Origin: Pirellulaceae bacterium | GTDB lineage: Bacteria > Planctomycetota > Planctomycetia > Pirellulales > Pirellulaceae | DNA: 64,000 nucleotides | Direction: 5' to 3' | Assembly: GCA_035512595.1 (NCBI GenBank) | Contig: DATKDU010000207.1 | Span: 4,889 to 68,888, forward strand | Notes under the pieces: generated by a model | What the model was told of the DNA's origin: nothing | Databases searched by the model: none | Seen by the model: only the letters and a program-made list of their open reading frames with translations | Position numbers and translations under genes: made by a program | Shown here: in pieces, positions 21,192 to 30,089 of the stretch | Layout of the letters: each line of letters starts with the position of its first letter | Numbering within the stretch: position 1 is the stretch's first letter

Positions 21192-22937
21192 ATGCCACAG
21201 CTCGTTGCCTGCTACGGCTGCGGCCAGCAATTCATGGCCGCGGACGAGATTCTGGGGACGGTAGTGCCCTGCCCCAATTGCGGCAGTAATTTGCCGATTC
21301 CCGCCCCGCCGTTGGCGGCGACGCAGCCGCTGAGTCCGCTGTCGCCGGCGCGCACACTCCCCTCGGCGAGCTTCCGCCAGTCTTCCGGTTCGAATCCGCA
21401 GTGGCGGACGATCATTCTGGGAATCGTCGGCACAATATGCCTGCTGTGGCTGGTGTTGGCTCTGCCCAACGCGCTCTTCTGGGCCATCGGCCGGCCGGCG
21501 GCCAGCCCGGAAAAAGTTGGGGCCGGCGCAGTCATCTTCTGGATCGGCGTGCTGCTGGCCTGCGGCGGCATCTTCGAGTGGCCGCTGTTCAAATACTCGC
21601 GCGACATGCGCGTCACGCGTGAGTGGTTCGGTGAGCACGGCGCTAAATGGTTTTATGCCGGCATTGGCGGACTCGCGGCAGTGATGGGCCTGGGGGTTAC
21701 GGTGTCGGCCACGGCCTACTCGCTATTTGGCACCTCGGTCAACACGTCGGAAAGGCCCGACTTCGCGGCCCAGCAGACGCTGCCGCAGCCGCTGGCCGGC
21801 CCGCAGGTCTCCGTCCCGCCGCCAGAGAACGCCTCGGGACGACTGGATGCGGTTGGGCCAAACGCCGCCGCAGCCACTTCGCCCGCATCGGCGCAAGCCG
21901 CCGCGGAGAAAACTGCCGCCAGCACCCTGCCGGCCACGCGAAAGGAGTTCAGCGAGCTGCCGGGTCAGTGGCGTTATCTCGAAGGGGGCTACTGCATCAA
22001 GATTCCTGAGTCGATCGTGATTGACCGCGATAGCAAGACGCAGCATGACGGATTCATCCAGCACGACTTTGGCGGTTGCACCGCGACGGGAAAGCCGGAA
22101 GGGGTGAATTTCGCCGTGTACGTTCAGATCCAGCCGCGCAACCGCGACATGGACAGCAAGTCGCTGTTCGACTTCAAGCGCCGCCAGCCGCCGCCGAACG
22201 AATTGAGCCAAGAGCTGCTCGCTGTGAACGGCCTGGAGGTCGTGAAAACCCCCACGCGAAAGACGCAGGCGAGCGCGTTCCGAAACAGGCCTGCTTACAC
22301 CCTCAACGGCATGACCTATCACTTTGCCGACAAGAAGTGCCTGATCACCCTCTCGGTCTATTCGCAGTTGCCGCTGGATCATGCCGATCAGCAGGCGATC
22401 AGGCGGTATTTGGACACGTTTCAGCGAATGCCGGAGCAACCCGCGATAGCTCAAACCGGCGATGGTGCAGCGAGCGCCGAAAATTGGCAGCTCCTGGAAG
22501 GGGGCCTGCGGATTCGCCTGTCGCCCTCACTGGAAGTGCGCGTGAACAATATCCACCGCGGCGGCGCTAGCCGCGACGAGACGACGCACAACCTTCACGG
22601 CCAGACGGCCGACGGCGTGGAATTCAAGGTTGATGTGATCCGCGTCCCGGCGTGGAACAAGCCCAACGAGGCCCGCCGGAATGCGGCCGCACGTTCCGAG
22701 CGTCCGCGGCCGGACTATGAGCACGTGGCGGTGGACGTACACGGCCTGGTGATGGAGCGGATCACGCACCTGCCCCACAATCGGGGCCCCGGCACGACGC
22801 GGGTCGAATACCGGCACCAGGAAGGGCAGCACCAGATCATCATGTTGGCCTCGTCGAAGCTGCCCCTTGATCACCCGTCGTTCCAAACGGTGCTTCGTGT
22901 TTTCGAATCAATCGAGCGTGCGCCGGCGGTTCGGTAG
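21192..22937 (+). CDS. membrane protein with N-terminal zinc ribbon and duplicated C-terminal domain
   Basis: CYGCGQQF...CPNCGS ribbon, 3-4 TM segments, then two ~150-aa paralogous modules each ending (S/Q)(K/L)LPLDH....(L/I)..F(E/Q). Confidence 0.75.
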   Translation: MPQLVACYGCGQQFMAADEILGTVVPCPNCGSNLPIPAPPLAATQPLSPLSPARTLPSASFRQSSGSNPQWRTIILGIVGTICLLWLVLALPNALFWAIGRPAASPEKVGAGAVIFWIGVLLACGGIFEWPLFKYSRDMRVTREWFGEHGAKWFYAGIGGLAAVMGLGVTVSATAYSLFGTSVNTSERPDFAAQQTLPQPLAGPQVSVPPPENASGRLDAVGPNAAAATSPASAQAAAEKTAASTLPATRKEFSELPGQWRYLEGGYCIKIPESIVIDRDSKTQHDGFIQHDFGGCTATGKPEGVNFAVYVQIQPRNRDMDSKSLFDFKRRQPPPNELSQELLAVNGLEVVKTPTRKTQASAFRNRPAYTLNGMTYHFADKKCLITLSVYSQLPLDHADQQAIRRYLDTFQRMPEQPAIAQTGDGAASAENWQLLEGGLRIRLSPSLEVRVNNIHRGGASRDETTHNLHGQTADGVEFKVDVIRVPAWNKPNEARRNAAARSERPRPDYEHVAVDVHGLVMERITHLPHNRGPGTTRVEYRHQEGQHQIIMLASSKLPLDHPSFQTVLRVFESIERAPAVR

Positions 22938-23084
22938 GTGCATTTGCCGCCTGGAGCGCGTGACAAAGTAGGATTGTCTCCTTTCCTGTCTCCCGACATC
23001 TGGCGTGATGGCTGGATCACGCGCGGGTCCGCACGTGCAAGTGTACGTGCCACCCTTTTCAAGACGTGCCATTTGGCCGGACTC

Positions 23085-23122
23085 TTGACCCGGGTTGGGA
23101 ATATTTGTATACTGTACAGTAT
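23085..23122 (+). promoter_or_regulatory. sigma70-like promoter with overlapping 14-bp perfect palindrome
   Basis: TTGACC (23085-90), 17-nt spacer, TATACT (23108-13). ATACTGTACAGTAT (23109-23122) is a perfect palindrome over the -10 and start site. Confidence 0.55.
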
Positions 23123-23267
23123 CCTACCTATGGCGGATTGCCCGGTCTCGGCCGCCGATTTTGTTGCGGCGGGAGGGACAAACTGGGCAGTTCACCCCGG
23201 ACGGACGAGTGCCGTCCGCGAAGATCTTTGACAATCTGGAAACACAGTCCACAGTCAGGGCCAGCGG

Positions 23268-23342
23268 CCAGGAATCAGGGGCCGGGAGCCAGGAAGCCAG
23301 GAAGCCAGGAATCCAGGAGCCAGGAATCCAGGAGCCAGGAAT
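23268..23342. repeat. CCAGGAA/CCAGGAG microsatellite
   Basis: ccaggaatcaggggccgggagccaggaagccaggaagccaggaatccaggagccaggaatccaggagccaggaatc. Confidence 0.85.
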
Positions 23343-23398
23343 CAGCGGCCGGGGGCCACTTTGATAAGGAGCGAGCCGAAAAACAACGCTGAAGCGGG

Positions 23399-23592
23399 CT
23401 TATCCAAGGAAAATCCGTCCGTTTCTATAAGTGACTGGCGCGTAAGGGGTTAAGTGATTTCAGAAACGGCGATTAAAGCACCGATCACTTATTAAAGAAA
23501 AATCCTTCGATTTCTATAAAGGATTGGCAGACAAAGGGTTACGGGCATTTTTTGGCCGTGGAAAAAGCCCCAAAGTGCTTATCACTTATCCA
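23399..23592. repeat. AT-rich tandem repeat, two ~89-90-bp units plus the start of a third
   Basis: Units start at CTTATC/CTTATT (23399, 23488, 23578). The first ~54 nt of the units align (..gaaaatcc.t.cg.tttctataa.g.a.tggc....aa.gggtta). Confidence 0.7.
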
Positions 23593-23856
23593 CCTCATGC
23601 TCCAAATCCACCGTCCTGGACCCCGAGAAGGCGGAAGGGGCGAATTGGGCGTGCGCAAACGCGCTAGCGCCGACCACTGCAAAACGGGGATTTTTTTAAC
23701 GCAACGTCTATTCAGCAAAGAAGTTGTGTCACGCCGCCCACTGCCAAATTCGCGCTGGCAGCCTGCGGGCGACGCGAGCCGGAGGGACCCGCAGCCAGGT
23801 TTCTGGCCCCGGCCCCCGGCACCGGAGTGGTGAGAGCGTGTGAATGAATTGGGGGA

Positions 23857-23956
23857 AATGCAAAATGATCAATGCAAAATGCAAAATGCAAAAGTCAGCA
23901 AGGCATTTTCATCGACGCATTTTGACTTTTGCACGTTGCATTGGACATTTTGCATT
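23857..23956. repeat. imperfect hairpin built from ATGCAAA repeats
   Basis: aaatgcaaaatgatcaatgcaaaatgcaaaatgcaaaagtca pairs with tgacttttgcacgttgcattggacattttgcatt. Confidence 0.8.
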
Positions 23957-23958
23957 AC

Positions 23959-24095
23959 CATCAGGGGGCTGACGCCCCCCGCTCGCCAGTCATCAGGGGG
24001 CTGACGCCCCCCGCTCGCCGATCCCCCGCTCGCCGATCCCCCGCTCGCCAGTCATCAGGGGGCTGACGCCCCCCGCTCGCCGATCCCCCGCTCAA
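23959..24095. repeat. tandem array of a 29-bp GC-hairpin unit (CATCAGGGGGCTGACGCCCCCCGCTCGCC) and a 15-bp subunit
   Basis: Unit A at 23959, 23991 and 24052. Subunit GATCCCCCGCTCGCC at 24020 and 24035, degenerate at 24081. Lies immediately 3' of the minus-strand gene ending at 24104. Confidence 0.85.
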
Positions 24096-24103
24096 CGATC
24101 CTC

Positions 24104-25519
24104 CTACCGCTGTCCCCGAATCACCGGCTGGGCTGCTGTCCCCTGGCGGGCCGCCATGCGAGCCTGGCCCGTCGCTTTCGCTTCGGCCAGGATCTGCTGG
24201 ATGAGTGCCGCCGAGGCGCCGTCGATCACGAGCACCTCGCTTTGACCCTGCGGGTTGTCCGCCGATCGCAACACGCAGACCAGTTCCGTCCGCGCGCCGC
24301 CGGCGGGCGGAGTGAGTGGCGACGTGATGCCGGCGGCAAATGGTTGCGGTGGAGCGACGTCGGCATTCGGCGGTGTTTCGAGGGGCGCAGTGGCCACGGC
24401 GGGACTGGACTGAACCAGGCCACGATCCGCCGCCGGCTCTTCGTGCGACACGAGGCGACCCTCACCCCGGCCCTCTCCCAATGGGAGAGGGGGAATAGCG
24501 CGCTGATAGACCGCCTGCAAGTTGAACTTGTCGAGCTGAGAGTGGATTGCCGCCGGGCCGGCATAGATCCCTTCGCCGTCGGCCGGATCGTCGGCATTGC
24601 AGACTCCGATGAGCTGTCCGGCCGCGTTGAACAGGCCGCCGCCGCTGCGACCCTGGGCCGGCCGGCCGCCAACGGTCAGATTGGGCCGGTTGGCGTAGCG
24701 ATTGACCGCGTGAATCTTCGACCGCTCGACGGTTGGATCCTGCCCTTCGCTACAGCCGACCGTGAACACCACGTCCTGCGGCCGCACGATGTCGCTGGGC
24801 GCGGCCACGATTGCCGGCGCGACCTTCACACCCGGCCAGATGGAGAGGAGTGCGATATCGAGGTGTTCGTCGTAGTCGAGCAGCTCCCCGGCCACCGGCG
24901 AGCGAGCCCCCGGTGCAAACAGCTCGACCTCGATCTTCCCTTTGCCGCCGCTGCTCTTGAACAGATGGCCGCAGGTCAGGACGAGCGCTTCGTGCTGCTG
25001 CGATTGCTCGTCGAAGTGGGTGTCGATGATCGTCCCCGTGCCGACGCCCCAGCTCCCTTCCTCTTGCACCTTCAGTCGCACCGTGGCCGCCAGGGCCCGC
25101 TGCTCGGCAGTGGGTGTTTGCGCGGCCGCCTGCGAAGGATCGGGGGATTGCCCGCGAACCAGCGGCGCACTGCCGGCGGTTGCCAGCGACCGTTGATCGA
25201 GTTCGCGGGGCATTTGCCCGCGGGAGATCATCTGCACCAGGTCGTCGTACGTCGTCACGCCCGCGAACCGCTGCACCTCGCGATCGCCGGCAAACAAGAC
25301 GAACGTCGGGTAGGCGACGATGCGGTACTGCCGGGCGAGCTGCGGCTCGCGGGTCACATCGACCTGCCGGATAGGAAATTTTTCGCTGGCCAGCCGCTGC
25401 ACGACCGGCTGCATCGCCCGGCAGGGCTGGCAGCGGGGATCGGTGAACTCGACCAGGGTGACGTCGCTGGCGCCGCCGGACAGCGCAGCGAAAAGCACGA
25501 GACTGTAGCAGCCGCTCAT
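24104..25519 (-). CDS. secreted thioredoxin-domain / trypsin-like serine protease fusion
   Basis: Start at ATG 25519 (signal peptide). CQPC thioredoxin motif, then CGHLF (His), DIALLS (Asp) and GRSGGGLF (Ser). Confidence 0.85.
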   Translation of the reverse strand: MSGCYSLVLFAALSGGASDVTLVEFTDPRCQPCRAMQPVVQRLASEKFPIRQVDVTREPQLARQYRIVAYPTFVLFAGDREVQRFAGVTTYDDLVQMISRGQMPRELDQRSLATAGSAPLVRGQSPDPSQAAAQTPTAEQRALAATVRLKVQEEGSWGVGTGTIIDTHFDEQSQQHEALVLTCGHLFKSSGGKGKIEVELFAPGARSPVAGELLDYDEHLDIALLSIWPGVKVAPAIVAAPSDIVRPQDVVFTVGCSEGQDPTVERSKIHAVNRYANRPNLTVGGRPAQGRSGGGLFNAAGQLIGVCNADDPADGEGIYAGPAAIHSQLDKFNLQAVYQRAIPPLPLGEGRGEGRLVSHEEPAADRGLVQSSPAVATAPLETPPNADVAPPQPFAAGITSPLTPPAGGARTELVCVLRSADNPQGQSEVLVIDGASAALIQQILAEAKATGQARMAARQGTAAQPVIRGQR

Positions 25520-25972
25520 GGCTTCCCTCCTTGGATCGTTCCGCAGGGAAGCCGCGGCAAAGCGGGTCAGCATCCCTGCTGTCGTGGGACTCGCGCCGAG
25601 GCGCGAGCTGCCGCCGGCATCCCATCCTGGGTGCCGACGGCGGGTTAAGAACCGGCGTGGTTGCGGGGTCGCCGGTTCGCGGAAGGAGCAATGTGTGCCA
25701 GCCTGGAGAAAAGGGCAAGAGCAGTTTTTTTACCGATCACCTGTCAGCGAGTGACTGATGATGGACTCGATTCTCAAGACGCGACCAGGTCACGCTAGCA
25801 GCAGGACGGCCGACGTCAGAATCCGCGGACGATGCGAACTTCGCCCCCATCTCGCACGTTTCGTGGTTCTCTTGCCGGCCCGGCGGCAACACTGCGGGTA
25901 CTCCCCGTTGCCCGCCGCGGCTTTCATAATGCGCCATTGTCCGCCGGTTCACATTCACTGCGGAGGCTCACC

Positions 25973-27148
25973 ATGCGACGATTGACTGCCGTGCTCTCGC
26001 TGCTGTCCTGCTGGCTGCTGGCCTCCGCGATAGGCCAGGACGACCAGCCCAAGAAACCCCGTCCGCTCCAGAACCCAAGACCGAAAAACGCTGCCATGGG
26101 AATCGAGAAATCCAGCTTCGGCAAAACCAAAGCAGGCGCCGAGGTCCAGCTTTACACGTGCCGGAACGCCAATGGCCTGGTCCTCAAGGTGATGACTTAC
26201 GGCGCGACGGTCGTCTCGATGGAAACCCCCGACAAGTTGGGGAACGTGCGGAACATCCAGCTCGGATTCTCCAAGCTCGACGGGTATCTCGCGCGGCATC
26301 CCTACTTCGGCTCGACCGTCGGCCGCTACGGCAATCGGATTGCCGGCGGGAAGTTCACGCTCGACGGCCAGGAATACAAGCTGGCCACGAACAACGGCCC
26401 CAACCACCTGCACGGCGGGATCAAGGGCTTCGATGCCGTCGTGTGGAAGGGGGAGGAAGTGAAAACCGCTGACTCGGTCGGCGTGAAGTTCTCGTACACG
26501 AGCAAGGACGGCGAGGAAGGTTATCCCGGAACGCTGCACGTGACCGCAACCTACACGCTGACCAATGCCAACGAGATGCGGATCGATTACGCGGCGACGA
26601 CCGACAAGCCGACGGTGCTGAACCTGACCAACCATTGCTACTGGAACCTGGGGGGCGCGGGGAGCGGCCAGATTCTGGAGCACGTGCTGACGATCCATGC
26701 CGACAAGTACCTGCCGATCGACGCCACGAGCATTCCGACCGGCGAGCTGGCGGACGTCAAGGGAACGCCGATGGACTTTACTTCGCCGCACAAGATCGGC
26801 GCGCGGATCGGCGAGCTCAAGCAGCCGCCGCACCAGACGAAGGGGTACGACCACTGCTACGTCCTGCGGGGTCAGGAGGGAAAGCTATCGCCGTGCGCCT
26901 TCGCCCACGATCCGGCCAGCGGCCGAACGATGGAGATCAGCACCACCGAGCCGGGGGTGCAGCTCTACTGCGGCAATTTCCTCGACGGCGGGGAAGGCAC
27001 CGGCGGCTACAAACAGCACGACGCCTTCTGCCTGGAGACGCAGCACTTCCCCGACTCGCCCAACCAGCCGGAATTCCCCAGCACGGTCCTGCGGCCGGGT
27101 GAGACGTTCAGGTCTACGACGGTACACAAGTTTGGGGTGCGGAAGTAG
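25973..27148 (+). CDS. galM: aldose 1-epimerase (secreted)
   Basis: ATG 25973 with GGAGG 7 nt upstream. NHLHGG, TNHCYWNL and CLETQHFPDSPN motifs. Confidence 0.9.
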   Translation: MRRLTAVLSLLSCWLLASAIGQDDQPKKPRPLQNPRPKNAAMGIEKSSFGKTKAGAEVQLYTCRNANGLVLKVMTYGATVVSMETPDKLGNVRNIQLGFSKLDGYLARHPYFGSTVGRYGNRIAGGKFTLDGQEYKLATNNGPNHLHGGIKGFDAVVWKGEEVKTADSVGVKFSYTSKDGEEGYPGTLHVTATYTLTNANEMRIDYAATTDKPTVLNLTNHCYWNLGGAGSGQILEHVLTIHADKYLPIDATSIPTGELADVKGTPMDFTSPHKIGARIGELKQPPHQTKGYDHCYVLRGQEGKLSPCAFAHDPASGRTMEISTTEPGVQLYCGNFLDGGEGTGGYKQHDAFCLETQHFPDSPNQPEFPSTVLRPGETFRSTTVHKFGVRK

Positions 27149-27215
27149 AACGGACCGGCTTGCTGCTGCGGACCGCATGACGGCTGAAAAATCGCTGACC
27201 AGCGGCACTCCCGTG

Positions 27216-28238
27216 CTACGACACCAACACTCCCCGATGACGCCGCAGCCGGTTGAGATGCGGCTTGTCGAGGATCTGAAACGGACTGGCGAGCGGCCGC
27301 CATGATTCGCCGCACTGGCTGATCAAGGAATCGTCAATCGGGCCCAGTCGATTGGCGGCAAGCTGAAGATACGGCACTTGTGCCGGGTCGAGGTCCATCA
27401 GCCGGCAGACGGTGGCATCGACGGCGGCGGGAACGGTGCCGACGACGAGCAATCCCATCGACTTCTTGGTTCCCATGATCGGCCCGTCCCCCTCCATGCA
27501 GTCGATGCCGTCCACGATGGCGATCGTCTTGGGGAGCGAGGCGTTGATGTCGTAGACCGTCTCGGGAATGCCGTTGTGGTGCAGGACGTTCTTGGGCCAG
27601 CCGTACTTGATGCCGGGGATGACGCCATACATGTTCTTGAGCGCGGCGGTGACCCCCATCCAGTGGTGCGTCTTCATCTTGGGCATCGAGACGATCAGAT
27701 CGGCTTCGAGGACCGCTCGCGGAAAGTGAAATCCCGGCAGCTTGCACATGCGGCCGCCGTTCTTGACGAAGCCAAGCTCGTCGTAGTTCAGATCGGCAAA
27801 TGTGAGCTTACCGCTGTCGAGGGCGTCGGCGACCCCCGACTCGACGAGAGCCATCTCCGTATCGCGGAGGTGTCCCGGCCCTTCGCCGACCGTGACGGCC
27901 GCTCCCCACAAGCGAAAGACTTCGGCCGCGGCAAGGATCACGGCCGGATGCGTCGTCATGTGGGGCGCTGATCGCGTCGGCTCGACGAGGTTGGGCTTGA
28001 GGAGCACGCGTTTGCCACGAACCTCCTCGACATTCAGCCCAGTTGCCACCAAGCCATCACGAATCGGCCGCACCAGATCGCCGTCGTAGCGTTGGTGCCG
28101 GGCGATGAAAACGCCGGCCCTTTCGCGAAACCAGCGGCGCACAAGCCCCGCGCCAAAGAGCGCGCCGGCGCAAATGCCGCCCCCCACGAGGAGCGTCCGG
28201 CGGGAAAGGTTTCCGGGCTGGTTGGCAGGTAAGGTCAT
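27216..28238 (-). CDS. DUF362-domain protein with twin-arginine signal
   Basis: LSRRTLLVGGG Tat-like N-terminus. LLKPNLVEP ... HP.V ... MKTHHW pattern typical of DUF362. Confidence 0.8.
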   Translation of the reverse strand: MTLPANQPGNLSRRTLLVGGGICAGALFGAGLVRRWFRERAGVFIARHQRYDGDLVRPIRDGLVATGLNVEEVRGKRVLLKPNLVEPTRSAPHMTTHPAVILAAAEVFRLWGAAVTVGEGPGHLRDTEMALVESGVADALDSGKLTFADLNYDELGFVKNGGRMCKLPGFHFPRAVLEADLIVSMPKMKTHHWMGVTAALKNMYGVIPGIKYGWPKNVLHHNGIPETVYDINASLPKTIAIVDGIDCMEGDGPIMGTKKSMGLLVVGTVPAAVDATVCRLMDLDPAQVPYLQLAANRLGPIDDSLISQCGESWRPLASPFQILDKPHLNRLRRHRGVLVS

Positions 28239-28249
28239 GCGATCTCCGC

Positions 28250-29194
28250 TTAGCCCGCTCGTCCACGATCGGAAACAAGCAACGCCAGGGAATTGTTCTG
28301 TGCGGCCAGCGCCAAGAGCGCCAGCTTGTGCGGCGAGCGGTCGTGCGCTTGCACGCGCCGATGCGCAGCAGCGAGCAGCTCCGCACCATTGGCCAGCTCG
28401 ATGCCGTGCGCCCGCAGCCCGAGCAGCGCCCAGGCCCCAGACATCGCGGTGCTGGGCCGAATCAGCGAGCGCTGCAAGTACGCCAGCGACCGCTCTAAGT
28501 AGGTCCCGGCTGCCGGGCGGGACCTTGCGGCGCGGTCACTAACCTGGTCAGGTCCCGCCCGGCAGGCGGGACCTACTTCTCCCGCCAGCGCCAGCATGGC
28601 CAGCCCCGTTGGCTGCACGTGCGGACGCAGCGTCTGGCCAAGGACGACCGTATTGCCGTAATTGCAACCGCCGACAGGGAGCAGCCGGTCCACGAGCAGC
28701 CTGATCGCCTCGCGGACGCGGGCGTGCGTTCCCAAACCGGCACGCTTGAGTGCCAGTACGTTGAGTGCGGTCGGCTCGATCCACGAATGGGTCTTGTCGG
28801 CCCAGCTCCAGGCGACGAGCTGCGTGTCGTGTCCCATCTCCGGCGACCGCGGCATCGCGGTCCCTTTGGCTTCGAGGATCCAGTCCACGGCGCGGCGACG
28901 ATGAGCCGCGTAAGCATTCCGGCTGCTGGCATCGTCCGCCGCTCGCCAGGCCAGAACTGCAAGGCCGGTTGGCCAACCGGGGGACGGCTCACTGTGGCGA
29001 ATGCCGACGGCGCCGTCGCTACCCTGGCAGGAAGCAAGGAAGTCCAGCGCTGGGGCGGCTTGTCTCGCTTTACCGGCGGCAATCAGGGCCAAGGCAGCCA
29101 ATGCGGTTGGCTCCGTAGCCGGCGACTGCGCAGGCGCGTAGCCGATGACCGGCTGCGCGGCGAGACTCGCGAGTGTCGAAGCAAGCCAATCCAT
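28250..29194 (-). CDS. prenyltransferase/squalene-oxidase-repeat (alpha-alpha toroid) protein
   Basis: Repeated ...T(A/G)LA(A/V)LAL......A...L...Q..DG... units. 11 bp upstream of the DUF362 gene. Confidence 0.7.
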   Translation of the reverse strand: MDWLASTLASLAAQPVIGYAPAQSPATEPTALAALALIAAGKARQAAPALDFLASCQGSDGAVGIRHSEPSPGWPTGLAVLAWRAADDASSRNAYAAHRRRAVDWILEAKGTAMPRSPEMGHDTQLVAWSWADKTHSWIEPTALNVLALKRAGLGTHARVREAIRLLVDRLLPVGGCNYGNTVVLGQTLRPHVQPTGLAMLALAGEVGPACRAGPDQVSDRAARSRPAAGTYLERSLAYLQRSLIRPSTAMSGAWALLGLRAHGIELANGAELLAAAHRRVQAHDRSPHKLALLALAAQNNSLALLVSDRGRAG

Positions 29195-29456
29195 GACGCT
29201 CCTAGCCGGAGGCTAACAGCCTCCGGGATCGACCCGGAGTTCCCGGAGGTCATTGACCCCCGGCTAAGAGCATCTATCGGCTCGCCTCAATTCTGGACGG
29301 GTTAAAAACCTGTCCTACGTGCTAAACCTTGGCGGTGGCTGCGACTGAACGATTTCGTCAATTTGTGCCGGCGAGAGTTCGCGAGGACTTGGTGGGGTAG
29401 CGAATCACCAGCGGCAGGATATCGCAGCGAATGCCGAAGTCGGTATCGCGAACCAT

Positions 29457-29497
29457 GTTCAAAGTTCAAAGTTCAAGGTTCCTCAACTTTGAACTTG
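29457..29497. repeat. GTTCAAA-repeat hairpin
   Basis: gttcaaagttcaaagttcaagg ... caactttgaacttgg. agttcaaagtt pairs with aactttgaact. Confidence 0.75.
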
Positions 29498-30089
29498 GAA
29501 GCGGACGTTCGTGCGGCAATCCGCCTCGCGCAGAACGATTGTCAAACCTTGCCGGCCAGTCAAACCGTGCCGCTTCACAATGTAGCGGTGAGGGCGGCGC
29601 TAGCGATCAACGTGGAGGCTGCGGGGGCCATTTTACCGGCAAGGTTTGACCACCTTTCGGCAGCGTCAAAGTCTACGCAACGGTCGCCCTAAAGCGTGGC
29701 AGGAAAATTGTTTGCGAACGTTCAAGGTCGCTGCGCAAGGGGGACGATACCGTACTTGTCAACCGGTTCAAGCAGCCCAGCCGTCGCCGGACGGAGGAGG
29801 CTGGACCGGGCCAAGTCCGGCGGTTTTTCGGGTCAGCGGAAGACCCGACCGGCCTTGGCGGAAGACACACCCCACGTGCGAGCGACACCCACCTACCTGA
29901 AGCTCGCACCGGACCTACCTGGTAACCGCAACCCCGCATGATACCTCCGCCTATCGGACGGGCGGAGGATCTGTCCACCGTGGAAGGGATCGCCACGCTC
30001 TTGTCGCGCGCGGCAAACCGTTCACGCAATCCGGCCGGACCGGGACATGCGCCAGTTCGATGGTTCCATCGTTAAGGAGACGTCGCTCG

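Noticed and set aside
21370-21400. tRNA-like GGTTCGAATCC T-loop motif.
   Set aside because: The flanking bases do not form a T stem or acceptor stem, and it lies inside a well-supported CDS.
23399-23592. Possible CRISPR array.
   Set aside because: There are only two and a bit units with an ~89-bp period. Similarity covers 54 nt and then decays instead of alternating exact repeats with unique spacers. No cas genes are in the window.
23578-23595. DnaA box / oriC hypothesis for the AT-rich spacer.
   Set aside because: There is one 8-of-9 match (TTATCCACC) plus two weak ones. No cluster of boxes, no dnaA/dnaN nearby, and I could not compute GC skew. Kept only as a remark in the repeat finding.
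23552-23833. 93-aa ORF in the gene-less spacer (also 22938..23231 as a 97-aa ORF).
   Set aside because: No RBS or family signal. The composition is dominated by repeats, and the ORFs begin at non-ATG codons inside repeat units.
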